From contig CAWJWJ010000002.1 of NCBI GenBank assembly GCA_963846575.1, positions 1,088,001 to 1,152,000 on the forward strand: a stretch of DNA of 64,000 bases. Direction: 5' to 3'. Position 1 is the stretch's first letter, and every line of letters begins with the position of its first letter. The notes beneath the pieces are model-generated. The model saw nothing but the letters and a program-made list of their open reading frames with translations. It searched no databases and was not told where the DNA came from. Of this stretch, positions 39,574 to 48,085 are shown piece after piece. This DNA comes from an uncultured Nitrospiraceae bacterium. GTDB taxonomy: Bacteria; Nitrospirota; Nitrospiria; Nitrospirales; Nitrospiraceae. The translations under genes and the position numbers were made by a program.

Positions 39574-40578
39574 ATGCTCGTGACGCCGGAAGTGAACAGC
39601 CGGAACAGGAAGCAGGCTCTGGCTGCCGCTGCCCTGGTGGCCCTGGCGGTGTCGATCTGGGGCTGGATCGCCACCCCCATGTTCCTCTTGCTGGTCTTAA
39701 GTCCGTTAACCTATTGGTGGCTGCGGCAGCGCAGCCTGCGGCGTCTGGAGGTCATGACGCAGCCCTTTCCCGCCGAGTGGGAGCCGATCCTCCGCGGCCA
39801 GGTGGCCTTCTTCGCGGCGCTCGATGAGGCAGGCCAGGCACGGTTCCGGCAGATGATGCAGATCTTTCTCGACGAGGTGCGGATCACGGGTATTCGCACG
39901 GAGATCGACGAGACGGTGTTGGTGCTGGTGGCGGCGAGCGCGGTGATCCCCATCTTCGGTTTCAGCGATTGGGAATACCATCGGTTGCGCGAGGTGCTGA
40001 TCTATCCCGACGCGTTCGACGATGCGTACCAGACGGCCGAGGGCCCGGACCCGGCCATGCTGGGAATGGTCGGGCTGCACCATTTGAGCGGGGTGATGAT
40101 CCTCTCCAAACCCGCCCTGCTGGAAGGGTTCGCGCGTCCCTCAGGCAAGCAGAACGTGGGGGTCCATGAGTTCGCGCACCTGGTCGAGCGGGAGGCGAGC
40201 GAGTACGGGCTGCCTCCCGAAGTGCCCTGGCGGGCGGTCCGGCAGTGGGTGCGGTACGTGGCCCGCGAATTGGAAGGTCCACCGGGGCATCATGACCACG
40301 TGAACCCCTATGCCTACACGAACTCCCACGAATTCTTCGCGGTGCTGGCCGAATATTTCTTCACGTCGCCGGATCTTTTGAAACGGCGGGATCCCGCCCT
40401 CTACGCCATGCTCCGTCAGATGTTTCACCAGGACCCGCACGCGTTGCTCCCGCCGGTACCGAGGCGCCGCCGGGGCGTCGGCCGCAATGCCCGCTGTCCC
40501 TGCGGGAGCGGCAGGAGATACAAGCACTGTTGTCTCGCGAAGGCGGATCGGCCTCACGCTGAAGAGAAGCGCGTCTGA
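39574..40578 (+). CDS. MtfA/M90-family zinc peptidase with C-terminal SEC-C motif
   Basis: VLIYPDAF, NVGVHEFAH, YAYTNSHEFFAV.AEYFF, GRNARCPCGSGRRYKHCC. Confidence 0.92.
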   Translation: MLVTPEVNSRNRKQALAAAALVALAVSIWGWIATPMFLLLVLSPLTYWWLRQRSLRRLEVMTQPFPAEWEPILRGQVAFFAALDEAGQARFRQMMQIFLDEVRITGIRTEIDETVLVLVAASAVIPIFGFSDWEYHRLREVLIYPDAFDDAYQTAEGPDPAMLGMVGLHHLSGVMILSKPALLEGFARPSGKQNVGVHEFAHLVEREASEYGLPPEVPWRAVRQWVRYVARELEGPPGHHDHVNPYAYTNSHEFFAVLAEYFFTSPDLLKRRDPALYAMLRQMFHQDPHALLPPVPRRRRGVGRNARCPCGSGRRYKHCCLAKADRPHAEEKRV

Positions 40579-40662
40579 CCTACGGTCCGTCGGACCGGAA
40601 GCGTGGGTTGCGGTGAGAGTGACGGGCGGCCGGAGAACAGGCCGCAGACCTCATGCCTCGAC

Positions 40663-41424
40663 TCACTGTCTGGCGCGAATCTGGAGAAAATCCTGATGGA
40701 CCGACAGGCGGTAGGCTTGCTGGTCCGTCGCGAAGTGTTTGGCGACGTAGGCTTCCAGGTCGCGCCGGGCGGGGGGCCGGCTGATCGGCAGGAGATTCAG
40801 CATGAATTCCGCCACGGTGTAGGCATCGGACTGCTCGCTGGTGTCCACATGGGCCTGGTCGAGGGTGATGTCTACGTCATAGCGGTTCCCATGTTTGGCA
40901 CGGAAGGCGTCGGCCAGGCCGGCCAGGTCGAACCGGTGGCCGAAGAAATGCTCCAGCATCGTCATGCAGGCGGTCCCGCGGTTCTGGAGGATCACGACGG
41001 TCACCCCGTCGGGCGACATCCAGGAGACCAGCCGCTCCAGGTGCGCAAGCCACTCCGCCGCCGGAATGTAGTAGAGGGTGTGGGAGCAGAGCACGAAATC
41101 GCCGGGAGCGGCCGGGCTGGCGTCGAGAATCGACCTGCCGATGGCGTCGGCAAGAGGAATCGCCTGTCTGAGCCGGTTGAGCAGATGGGGGTTGGGCTCG
41201 ATGGCGATCGTGCGGTCGAAGGTCGGGGCGAAGGCGCTGGTGACTTCCCCCGTGCCGGCACCGGCGTCGATGAAGACCTTTTTTGCGGGCAGATCGTCCA
41301 CGACCCGCTGCAAGAACCGCTTCGCGTTGCGCTTCTGATCCGTGTGGTCCAGGAACACCTGGAAGGCGCGTTTGTAATCTTCGCCCTGCGAGTCGAACAC
41401 CCGAATGAGATCCGGTTGCGTCAT
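40663..41424 (-). CDS. Class I SAM-dependent methyltransferase
   Basis: FIDAGAGTG, AIEPN, DFVLCSHTLYYIP. Confidence 0.88.
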   Translation of the reverse strand: MTQPDLIRVFDSQGEDYKRAFQVFLDHTDQKRNAKRFLQRVVDDLPAKKVFIDAGAGTGEVTSAFAPTFDRTIAIEPNPHLLNRLRQAIPLADAIGRSILDASPAAPGDFVLCSHTLYYIPAAEWLAHLERLVSWMSPDGVTVVILQNRGTACMTMLEHFFGHRFDLAGLADAFRAKHGNRYDVDITLDQAHVDTSEQSDAYTVAEFMLNLLPISRPPARRDLEAYVAKHFATDQQAYRLSVHQDFLQIRARQ

Positions 41425-41538
41425 GGGCCGTTCCTTCCGTCGGTGTAGGGTTGGTCCGGGTCGCGGCGGCGTCGCAGCATACGTCTTTTTTCGCGGGAAG
41501 GCGAGGAGGAGTATGCTGCGAACGGCGCTCGCCAGTTG

Positions 41539-42168
41539 CTAGAGTTTCGGAATGTGCAGGGTCTTGCTGATCATCAGGCTGCCGGAGAGGACGAAGAGCA
41601 GCGATAGCGGGTGCAGGTCCCAGGGGCCCACGTTCCAGACTCCCCAGTAGAGGTGCTCGCCCAGCCGATCCTGCCAGGCGGCCGTGGCCAGCAGGCCGGT
41701 CAGCACGAACGTGGTGGGAATGGGCGTGCCTTCGAAGTAGGCCACTTTGTCGGCGCCTTCGGAGAGTTTTTCAGCGGTCACGTTGTAGCGGGCCAGGCGG
41801 CTCACCCCGCAGCAGACGAAGTAGATCAGCGCCATGCCGTCCCAGCCTCCGCGCAGGCCCGCGGCGAAGCCCAGTGCCGCCGGAGCCACCCCGAACGAGA
41901 TGATGTCCGCCAGTGAATCCAGCTCGCGGCCCAGCGTCGAATGCTGGTGCCGCCATCGCGCCACGCGGCCATCGAGCCAGTCGAGCCACAGCGCCGCCGG
42001 CGTCATGGCCGTGGCGGCGAAGAAATAGCCGGGGGATTGGCTGCTGCCCATGTAGAGCATGCTGAGGAAGACCGCCGCGACTCCGCAGGCGGCGTTGCCG
42101 AGGGTCAGCACGTCGGCCAGGTGAAACTCGCGGAGCATCGTAAAGTGTTTGGCGTGGTGCACTGACAT
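41539..42168 (-). CDS. pssA: CDP-diacylglycerol--serine O-phosphatidyltransferase
   Basis: DWLDGRVAR...GRELDSLADIISFGVAP, RLARYN, FEGTPIP. Confidence 0.9.
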   Translation of the reverse strand: MSVHHAKHFTMLREFHLADVLTLGNAACGVAAVFLSMLYMGSSQSPGYFFAATAMTPAALWLDWLDGRVARWRHQHSTLGRELDSLADIISFGVAPAALGFAAGLRGGWDGMALIYFVCCGVSRLARYNVTAEKLSEGADKVAYFEGTPIPTTFVLTGLLATAAWQDRLGEHLYWGVWNVGPWDLHPLSLLFVLSGSLMISKTLHIPKL

Positions 42169-42487
42169 GCTATGAAAATCTACGCGGGCATGCGGCGAAT
42201 GTCCAGCATGGTATCGGATCCGTTCCTGCCTCCGTTGAGTCTGACCCCGGCTCCGATGGTTGAACTCCCGTGAACGCGTCACTTGCGTGCGGCGCTTTAC
42301 ATCCTGGGCCGGTCGCACTACGATGCGCGGCGTCGATCCCGCCCGTCGGCCTGGCGGGTGGTTGCCGTAATCTTACTTGGAGCGTCGGCCCTATTGGTGT
42401 AGGCTCCGGTAGCCGGACCTGTTCAATTCCCCGCGATGACCGGCAGGATGATCCGGCGCACGGACAACAGCGAATCAGGAGGACTGT

Positions 42488-42745
42488 ATGCCGCCTAAGA
42501 GAAAAGTGCCACGGAAGTCAGGACGCAACCGCCCATCCGGTCAGAAACGGAAGGGCGCAGCGGCCAAAAGTGGTGAGGCGGGGATGACCCGTCGCCTGCA
42601 GGACCTGGTGGAGCGGATCGATGTCGTGCTGCCGGAAGTGGCGGCGCGCGTTGCGGCGTTGGAACATCTCCTGCTGGAGCTGAAGCTCTGCACGCAGCAG
42701 GATTTGCGTGCGGCACGAGAGTTTGTGCGCGTCCAGGAAGAGTAG
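42488..42745 (+). CDS. Hypothetical protein
   Basis: AGGAGG SD; basic N-terminus and coiled C-terminus. Confidence 0.7.
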   Translation: MPPKRKVPRKSGRNRPSGQKRKGAAAKSGEAGMTRRLQDLVERIDVVLPEVAARVAALEHLLLELKLCTQQDLRAAREFVRVQEE

Positions 42746-42785
42746 CCGGGGCCGCCGGTCGCGGCTCGATCCTCCGACCGGTCGG

Positions 42786-42974
42786 TCAGGGTTGGTGCTG
42801 TTGATGCAGGGGGTCCGGAAACAGGGTTTTGCATTCCATACAGAGGAGCTGGCCTGTGGCGGTGCCCCGGCTGTCCAGGACTGCTTCGACGAGACGTCTG
42901 TGGTCACAATGCTTTTTCGGAGCGGGGCGGGGGGTCAGCTTCTGAGGCTCCTTCGTGGGACCGACTCGTATCAT
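42786..42974 (-). CDS. Small hypothetical protein, possible Zn ribbon
   Basis: AAGGAA SD; CDH...CMEC pattern. Confidence 0.6.
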   Translation of the reverse strand: MIRVGPTKEPQKLTPRPAPKKHCDHRRLVEAVLDSRGTATGQLLCMECKTLFPDPLHQQHQP

Positions 42975-43271
42975 GCGGGTTCCTTTCGGTAGGCTCTGAT
43001 CTCGAAGGAGGCTCGTCAAGCCGGGTGATGAATCGCTTCTCCAGGCCGAGCCCACGAATGGAAGCATGGACTTTTGCCCTCTCCCGGTCAAGTCATCCCC
43101 GATGGTTTCGACGTTTCCCCACCGACCGGCCCCGCTTCAATACTGCCGATTCGTCTGCCGGTAATTTTTTTTGATGATCTTTCCACAGGATGGTTCGGCT
43201 ACGATTGTCATCAGCCAGGCAGGGGCTGTGACGCGTTTACTTTCTTTCCCCCGCCTCGTTAGACTGCCAGC

Positions 43272-45041
43272 ATGAATACTGAACAACCGCTGCCTCCCGT
43301 GCCGTCCGAACCGCTGTCCGCCGATCCGGTCGATCGAGTCATGGGTTACCACGTGCGCACCAAACACCATTTCCACAAGTATGCACGGTCGCTTGGATTC
43401 TTGGATTGGGCCAATCAACCCAACCCCTTCCGGCGATTCGAGGGGGCCGCGCTGGTCCGTTTGCCCTTACTCAGGGAGGATGAAGGTCCGTCATCGCCCT
43501 CCTATGAAGCGATCTACCGGCAGGGGGCCGTGCCCTCGCAGCCACTGACCATGGAAACGTTCTCGAGGTTTTTTGAATTGTCGCTCGGGCTCTCGGCGTG
43601 GAAGAGAGCCGGAGAGTCGGAGTGGGCGCTCCGCAACAATCCGTCCTCCGGCAACCTCCACCCGACGGAGGGCTACCTGCTGCTGCCTGAAGTCGAGGGG
43701 CTCGGTCTGAAGGCGGGGCTGTATCACTATGCCTCCAAGGAACATGCCCTGGAATTACGCGCGGGTTTTGCCCCGACGGATATCGCTCGCCTGTTGACCG
43801 GCTTTCCGCCGGGCGCCTGTCTCTTCGGTCTGACGTCGGTCCATTGGCGGGAGGCCTGGAAGTATGGCGAGCGGGCGTTCCGGTACTGTAACCACGATGT
43901 CGGCCATGCGATCGGGTCCGCGCGCATGGCGGCGGCCACGCTCGGCTGGCGCATGACGCTCCTGGATGGCCTTGACCAAAATACGGCGGCCATGCTGTTA
44001 GGCACGCACCGCACCGACGACTTCCGCGACGTGGAACCGGAGCATCCCGATTGCCTCGCGGTGATATGGCCGTCGGAGCAGGGAACCGGCCAGACCTTAG
44101 TCGTGAGCCACGGGACGCCGGAGCTGCCGCTGTTTCTGGATCAATCAGTCGTGAAGGATCTGGCCGCCGGGCCCTGGTATGGCAAGGCCAATGCGTTGAG
44201 CCGCGAGCACGGGGTGCATTGGGAGGTCATCGACGAAGTGGCGGAGGAGTCCTGGAAGACCACCACCGAGCAGGTCTCGGTGAAAGCGGCTCCCGGCGCG
44301 GCCGGCGTTTCCGATCGGATGACCCCGTCGCCGAAGGGCCTGGATGCCGGCAGGATTATCCGGCAGCGGCGGAGTGCCGTCTCGTTCGACGGCCGCACGT
44401 CGATTACGGCCGATACGTTCTTCCACATGCTGCAGCGCGTGATGCCGCTGGTCGAGCTGCCGCAGTTGGATCGACCGATGCCCTGGGACGTGTTGGCCTG
44501 GGAGCCGGCGATCCATTTGATGTTGTTCGTGCATCGCGTGGAGGGCATCCCGCCGGGACTCTACGTACTGGTGCGTGATCCGAACAAGCTGCCTCTGCTG
44601 CAGCAGTCGATGAATCCTGAATTGGAGTGGACGCCGGCGCCGGGCTGTCCCGCCGGCCTTCCGCTCTACTGGCTGTTTCAGGGCGATGCGCAACGGCTGG
44701 CGGCGCAAGTGAGTTGTCACCAGGGCATCGCGGGGGACAGTGCCTTTTCGTTGGGGATGCTGGCCGAGTTCGAGGGACGGTTGCGGCAGGGCGGCCCTTG
44801 GTGGTACCCACGGCTGTTTTGGGAGTCCGGTCTGGTGGGACAGGTGCTGTATCTCGAGGCCGAAGCGGCCGGCGTGCGGGGCACCGGCATCGGTTGTTTC
44901 TTCGACGATCCGGTCCATGAAATCGTGGGCATCAAGGATCTGTCCGTGCAGTCGTTATATCATTTTACGATCGGTGGACCGGTGGACGACGATCGGTTGA
45001 TGACCCTGCCGCCGTACCACCATCTGGTGCCTCGCGCATAA
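43272..45041 (+). CDS. SagB/ThcOx-family nitroreductase-like dehydrogenase (two domains)
   Basis: YH.RTKH, LDWANQPNPFRR, NPSSGNLHPTE, WKYGERAFRY, RQRRSA, LYLEAEA.G.RGTGIGCFFDD. Confidence 0.9.
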   Translation: MNTEQPLPPVPSEPLSADPVDRVMGYHVRTKHHFHKYARSLGFLDWANQPNPFRRFEGAALVRLPLLREDEGPSSPSYEAIYRQGAVPSQPLTMETFSRFFELSLGLSAWKRAGESEWALRNNPSSGNLHPTEGYLLLPEVEGLGLKAGLYHYASKEHALELRAGFAPTDIARLLTGFPPGACLFGLTSVHWREAWKYGERAFRYCNHDVGHAIGSARMAAATLGWRMTLLDGLDQNTAAMLLGTHRTDDFRDVEPEHPDCLAVIWPSEQGTGQTLVVSHGTPELPLFLDQSVVKDLAAGPWYGKANALSREHGVHWEVIDEVAEESWKTTTEQVSVKAAPGAAGVSDRMTPSPKGLDAGRIIRQRRSAVSFDGRTSITADTFFHMLQRVMPLVELPQLDRPMPWDVLAWEPAIHLMLFVHRVEGIPPGLYVLVRDPNKLPLLQQSMNPELEWTPAPGCPAGLPLYWLFQGDAQRLAAQVSCHQGIAGDSAFSLGMLAEFEGRLRQGGPWWYPRLFWESGLVGQVLYLEAEAAGVRGTGIGCFFDDPVHEIVGIKDLSVQSLYHFTIGGPVDDDRLMTLPPYHHLVPRA

Positions 45042-45109
45042 CCGCCCGCGTGCGGCACCGGATCGAGCTGGCAGGAATCGCTGGGAGAATGCAAGAAGGG
45101 TAATCACGC

Positions 45110-45964
45110 ATGTTTAAGATCAAGAAGAAGATCGAGAAGCCGAAGCCGCCCATTTTGTACAACGTGATCGAGGATTATTCGGAGTTCGATGCGCCGGGGA
45201 ATGTCACGGTCTGTGCCATGACGCTCCCGGAAGACCTGGCGGCGCATGCGAAGATCCTGGCTGAAAGTTACGAGGTGCCGTTGGAGGAGATGACGGCCCT
45301 GCTCCGGGACGGCGGTATCTATGTCTACCCGCAAGTGGGTGGTGTGCTGACGCGAGGGCTCTTTGCCTGCCGGGTGGACGCGAGCGGCGCGACGCCGAAG
45401 CAGACCTGGGTACTGGACCTGATGCAGTTTGCCGAGGCCGAGCAGTGGGCCAGATCCCGCGCCTGTTCCCTGTCGGAGGCGGCCTCGGCGGTGTTCCATC
45501 GAACCCTGCCCGACGACCTCAAGAAGAAGCTGGAGCAGAAGAACCTGGGACTCGACTACCGCACGTTGGACCGCGCTGTGGCGAAGGGCGGCGACATCAA
45601 GTACATGGATTTCAGGAAAGACTGGTCGCCCCATTTCAAACGGCTCTGCATTATGCCCGATGGCCGGTTGATTGAAACGGGCGGTCTGGAGGAGTTCGCG
45701 CAGCTGCACCAGATCACCGTGCCCCAGGCGAAGCGACTCGTCGAGGAGGGCGGCACGCTGGAAGTGGGACCGGAAGTGTTGGCCTGCCAGATCGTCAACG
45801 GGCAGCCGGCGGTGGCGCGGTTCAGCGCCAAGAACTACGTGAAGGCCAAGGAACTGGTGGCGAGCAAGGGTCTCCATCTCATGGATGCGTTGAGCGAAGT
45901 GGCCTACAACGATCCGGGGATGATGCGGAGCCTTCAGCGGAAGGACCTGGGCGCCCGTACCTAG
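45110..45964 (+). CDS. Hypothetical protein with internal duplication
   Basis: 284 aa ORF with typical codon use; two similar halves. Confidence 0.8.
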   Translation: MFKIKKKIEKPKPPILYNVIEDYSEFDAPGNVTVCAMTLPEDLAAHAKILAESYEVPLEEMTALLRDGGIYVYPQVGGVLTRGLFACRVDASGATPKQTWVLDLMQFAEAEQWARSRACSLSEAASAVFHRTLPDDLKKKLEQKNLGLDYRTLDRAVAKGGDIKYMDFRKDWSPHFKRLCIMPDGRLIETGGLEEFAQLHQITVPQAKRLVEEGGTLEVGPEVLACQIVNGQPAVARFSAKNYVKAKELVASKGLHLMDALSEVAYNDPGMMRSLQRKDLGART

Positions 45965-46141
45965 CCCGGACCATTCACGAATCGCTGCTCCGGCGCCCGA
46001 TCCTCTTGCCCGGCGAGGCTTTTCTCGTTCGGCCTTCTCGACGTACTGCCAGTACGCCTGCGGCGGCCTCACTTGCGAGAAGCCTCGGCGGGCGTCGGTC
46101 TCGAACGCCTCGCGAAGGGATTCCTGAATAATCCGGGCCAG
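45961..46141. mobile_element. MITE/REP-like palindromic element
   Basis: Imperfect 23-bp terminal inverted repeats (19/23), inner stem 46008-46093, central CGTACT-GCC-AGTACG hairpin. Confidence 0.65.
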
Positions 46142-46195
46142 GCTGATGGTCGAAGGTCATCCCGCTATCGCTGGTGTAGGAGGGGAGGAGAAGTC

Positions 46196-46612
46196 ATGAT
46201 CCGGAACATCCTGCTCTGTCTCATTGCCCTGATGATCGGCGGCTGCTCCGCGCACAAACCGGTCCTGTACCCGAACGATCATTTCCGCGAGGTGGGAGCG
46301 GAGGCGGCGGAGTCGGACATCGAGGCATGTATGGCAGAAGCGCGGGAGGCCGGTGCCTCGCCCAGCGAAGGAAAGACGGCCCCGGCGGCAACCGGCACGG
46401 TGGTCGGCGGGGCAGTGGGGTCGGCGGCCGGCGCGGTGGGTGGCGCGATTCTCGGACGTCCCGGACGAGGCGCCATGGTGGGGGCGGCCGGCGGCGCCAC
46501 CGGCGGATTTCTTCGCGGCCTGTTCAGGCGATCGCCGCCGAGCGGAGCCTATATGAATTACGTGAATCGCTGCCTGCACGACCGGGGGTACGATCCCGTG
46601 GGGTGGGACTGA
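46196..46612 (+). CDS. Glycine-zipper lipoprotein
   Basis: Lipobox IGGC, GAVGSAAGAVGGA / GAAGGATGG, YVNRCL.DRGY. Confidence 0.85.
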   Translation: MIRNILLCLIALMIGGCSAHKPVLYPNDHFREVGAEAAESDIEACMAEAREAGASPSEGKTAPAATGTVVGGAVGSAAGAVGGAILGRPGRGAMVGAAGGATGGFLRGLFRRSPPSGAYMNYVNRCLHDRGYDPVGWD

Positions 46613-46633
46613 TCGCCCTCAGGCTTCGCCCGG

Positions 46634-47062
46634 TTATCCCTGACCAACCCGCCACTTCCGCCGCAGCATGACCCCGATCCAGGTGCCGCTCACATTGCAG
46701 ATGATATCCGACAGGGCGGCGCGGCGGTTGTGGGAATAGAGCTGATAAAGCTCGACCGCGCAGGAAAGACAGAGCCCGTACAACATGACTTTGACCGCCA
46801 GCGATCTCGTGACCGTGGGACTCCGCTGGAGATAGAGGAGCGCGAACGGCACATACAGCAGGATGTTGACGGCGATGTCGAGCCAGAATCCGGCGGTCCA
46901 TATTTCCTCGGCGGGTGGAATCCACTTGAGGAACTCCCAATGGCCGTGCGCAACGAAGTGGGTGTGATAGATGCCTGAGGCTGCGATCAGGCAGACATAG
47001 ACCATCCAGAGGAACAGCCAGACGGTCGGGGAACTGGTGCGTGAATGCGTGAGGGCTATCAA
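46634..47062 (-). CDS. VanZ family membrane protein
   Basis: DIAVNILLYVPF, S.AVELYQ, R.A..SDIICN..G; TTG start overlapping the upstream TGA is assumed. Confidence 0.8.
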   Translation of the reverse strand: MIALTHSRTSSPTVWLFLWMVYVCLIAASGIYHTHFVAHGHWEFLKWIPPAEEIWTAGFWLDIAVNILLYVPFALLYLQRSPTVTRSLAVKVMLYGLCLSCAVELYQLYSHNRRAALSDIICNVSGTWIGVMLRRKWRVGQG

Positions 47063-47475
47063 GGGTGTGTGGGCGTCGCCTGTCCTGATTCTTGCAGAAC
47101 CCGCTCCAGGGTTTCCAGCAGTTTCTCTTTGGCGATCGGCTTTTGCAGGTAGGCTGCGGCGCCACAGGCCAGGACTTTCGCTTCGAGGCCCGGTTTGGTC
47201 TGGCTCGTGGCGACAATGATGGGAGTCGTCTTGGTGTGCGCATTCGCGCGCAAGCGGTCCAGGACGAGCAGGCCGTTGCCGCCCGGCAAACCGAGATCGA
47301 GAAGTATCACGCGCGGTCTTTCCCGCAGGGCTATCCCCATGGCTTGAAAGGCGTCGGACGCGCTCAAACAGCAAAAGCGAGTCCCCTGCAGGAAGGCCTT
47401 GATGAGGATTTGATAGTCGGGGCTATCGTCGATGATGAGAAGACGAATTTGTGGGGCTGGTTCTGCCATAGGCAT
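47059..47475 (-). CDS. Single-domain response regulator
   Basis: LLIIDD, ILLDLGLPGGNG, IIVAT, YLQKP. Confidence 0.9.
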   Translation of the reverse strand: MPMAEPAPQIRLLIIDDSPDYQILIKAFLQGTRFCCLSASDAFQAMGIALRERPRVILLDLGLPGGNGLLVLDRLRANAHTKTTPIIVATSQTKPGLEAKVLACGAAAYLQKPIAKEKLLETLERVLQESGQATPTHP

Positions 47476-47531
47476 AGATGCCGGGATTGCGCCAGGCGCC
47501 CGCGCCGGGATCGAGTAAGCCTGTCATACAG

Positions 47532-47897
47532 TTATTTGTGAGCAAGTTCGGTTTCGACGGCGTCCAGCATGGCCTTCAGGTCAAAAGGCTTTTCGAACGC
47601 TTGATGGGCGCCGAAGAGTTTCGCAATTTCGAGAAAGTTGCGATCGCCCTGGGCGCCGGTCATGGCAATAATTTTCGTATCGATGTATTCCCTGGTGAGC
47701 TGCAAGGTGGCTTCCAGGCCATCGACTTCCGGCATGAGCAGATCCATGATGAGCAGATCGGCTTTATCCTTCTGATAGAGGCTCAACGCTTCCCGTCCAT
47801 CCTTGGCTTCGACGACTTTGTGGCCGGCCTTTTCCAGAACCTCGCGCAGCAGGCTGCGGATGGATGCTTCGTCATCGATTACCATGATGGTCGCCAT
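47532..47897 (-). CDS. Single-domain response regulator
   Basis: IMVIDDE, LIMDLLMPEVDG, IIAMTG, FEKPF. Confidence 0.93.
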   Translation of the reverse strand: MATIMVIDDEASIRSLLREVLEKAGHKVVEAKDGREALSLYQKDKADLLIMDLLMPEVDGLEATLQLTREYIDTKIIAMTGAQGDRNFLEIAKLFGAHQAFEKPFDLKAMLDAVETELAHK

Positions 47898-48085
47898 AGC
47901 TACTCCTCGAAAGGGTCTATCAGGTTTGTATGAAGGCTTATGGATTGCGCAATGTCGAAGTCGACACCTACGAAGCTTACCGCCTGGCTGAAACTCTGTC
48001 CAGGAAAGAGTGAAAGCAGGGAGGCCGTAGATTGTCGTAGACCGCGACATCCTACCCTGGCCGGCCGCCAGACGCGAGCGTTATC

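Noticed and set aside
42236..42248. GAGTCTGACCCC (also GGGGTCAG at ~36814) as extra motif copies
   Set aside because: Only the last 8 bases or so match; the TGCAAG core is missing.
43272..45041. SagB-like gene as part of a RiPP (azole) cluster
   Set aside because: No YcaO, precursor peptide or transporter nearby; stand-alone members of this family are common.
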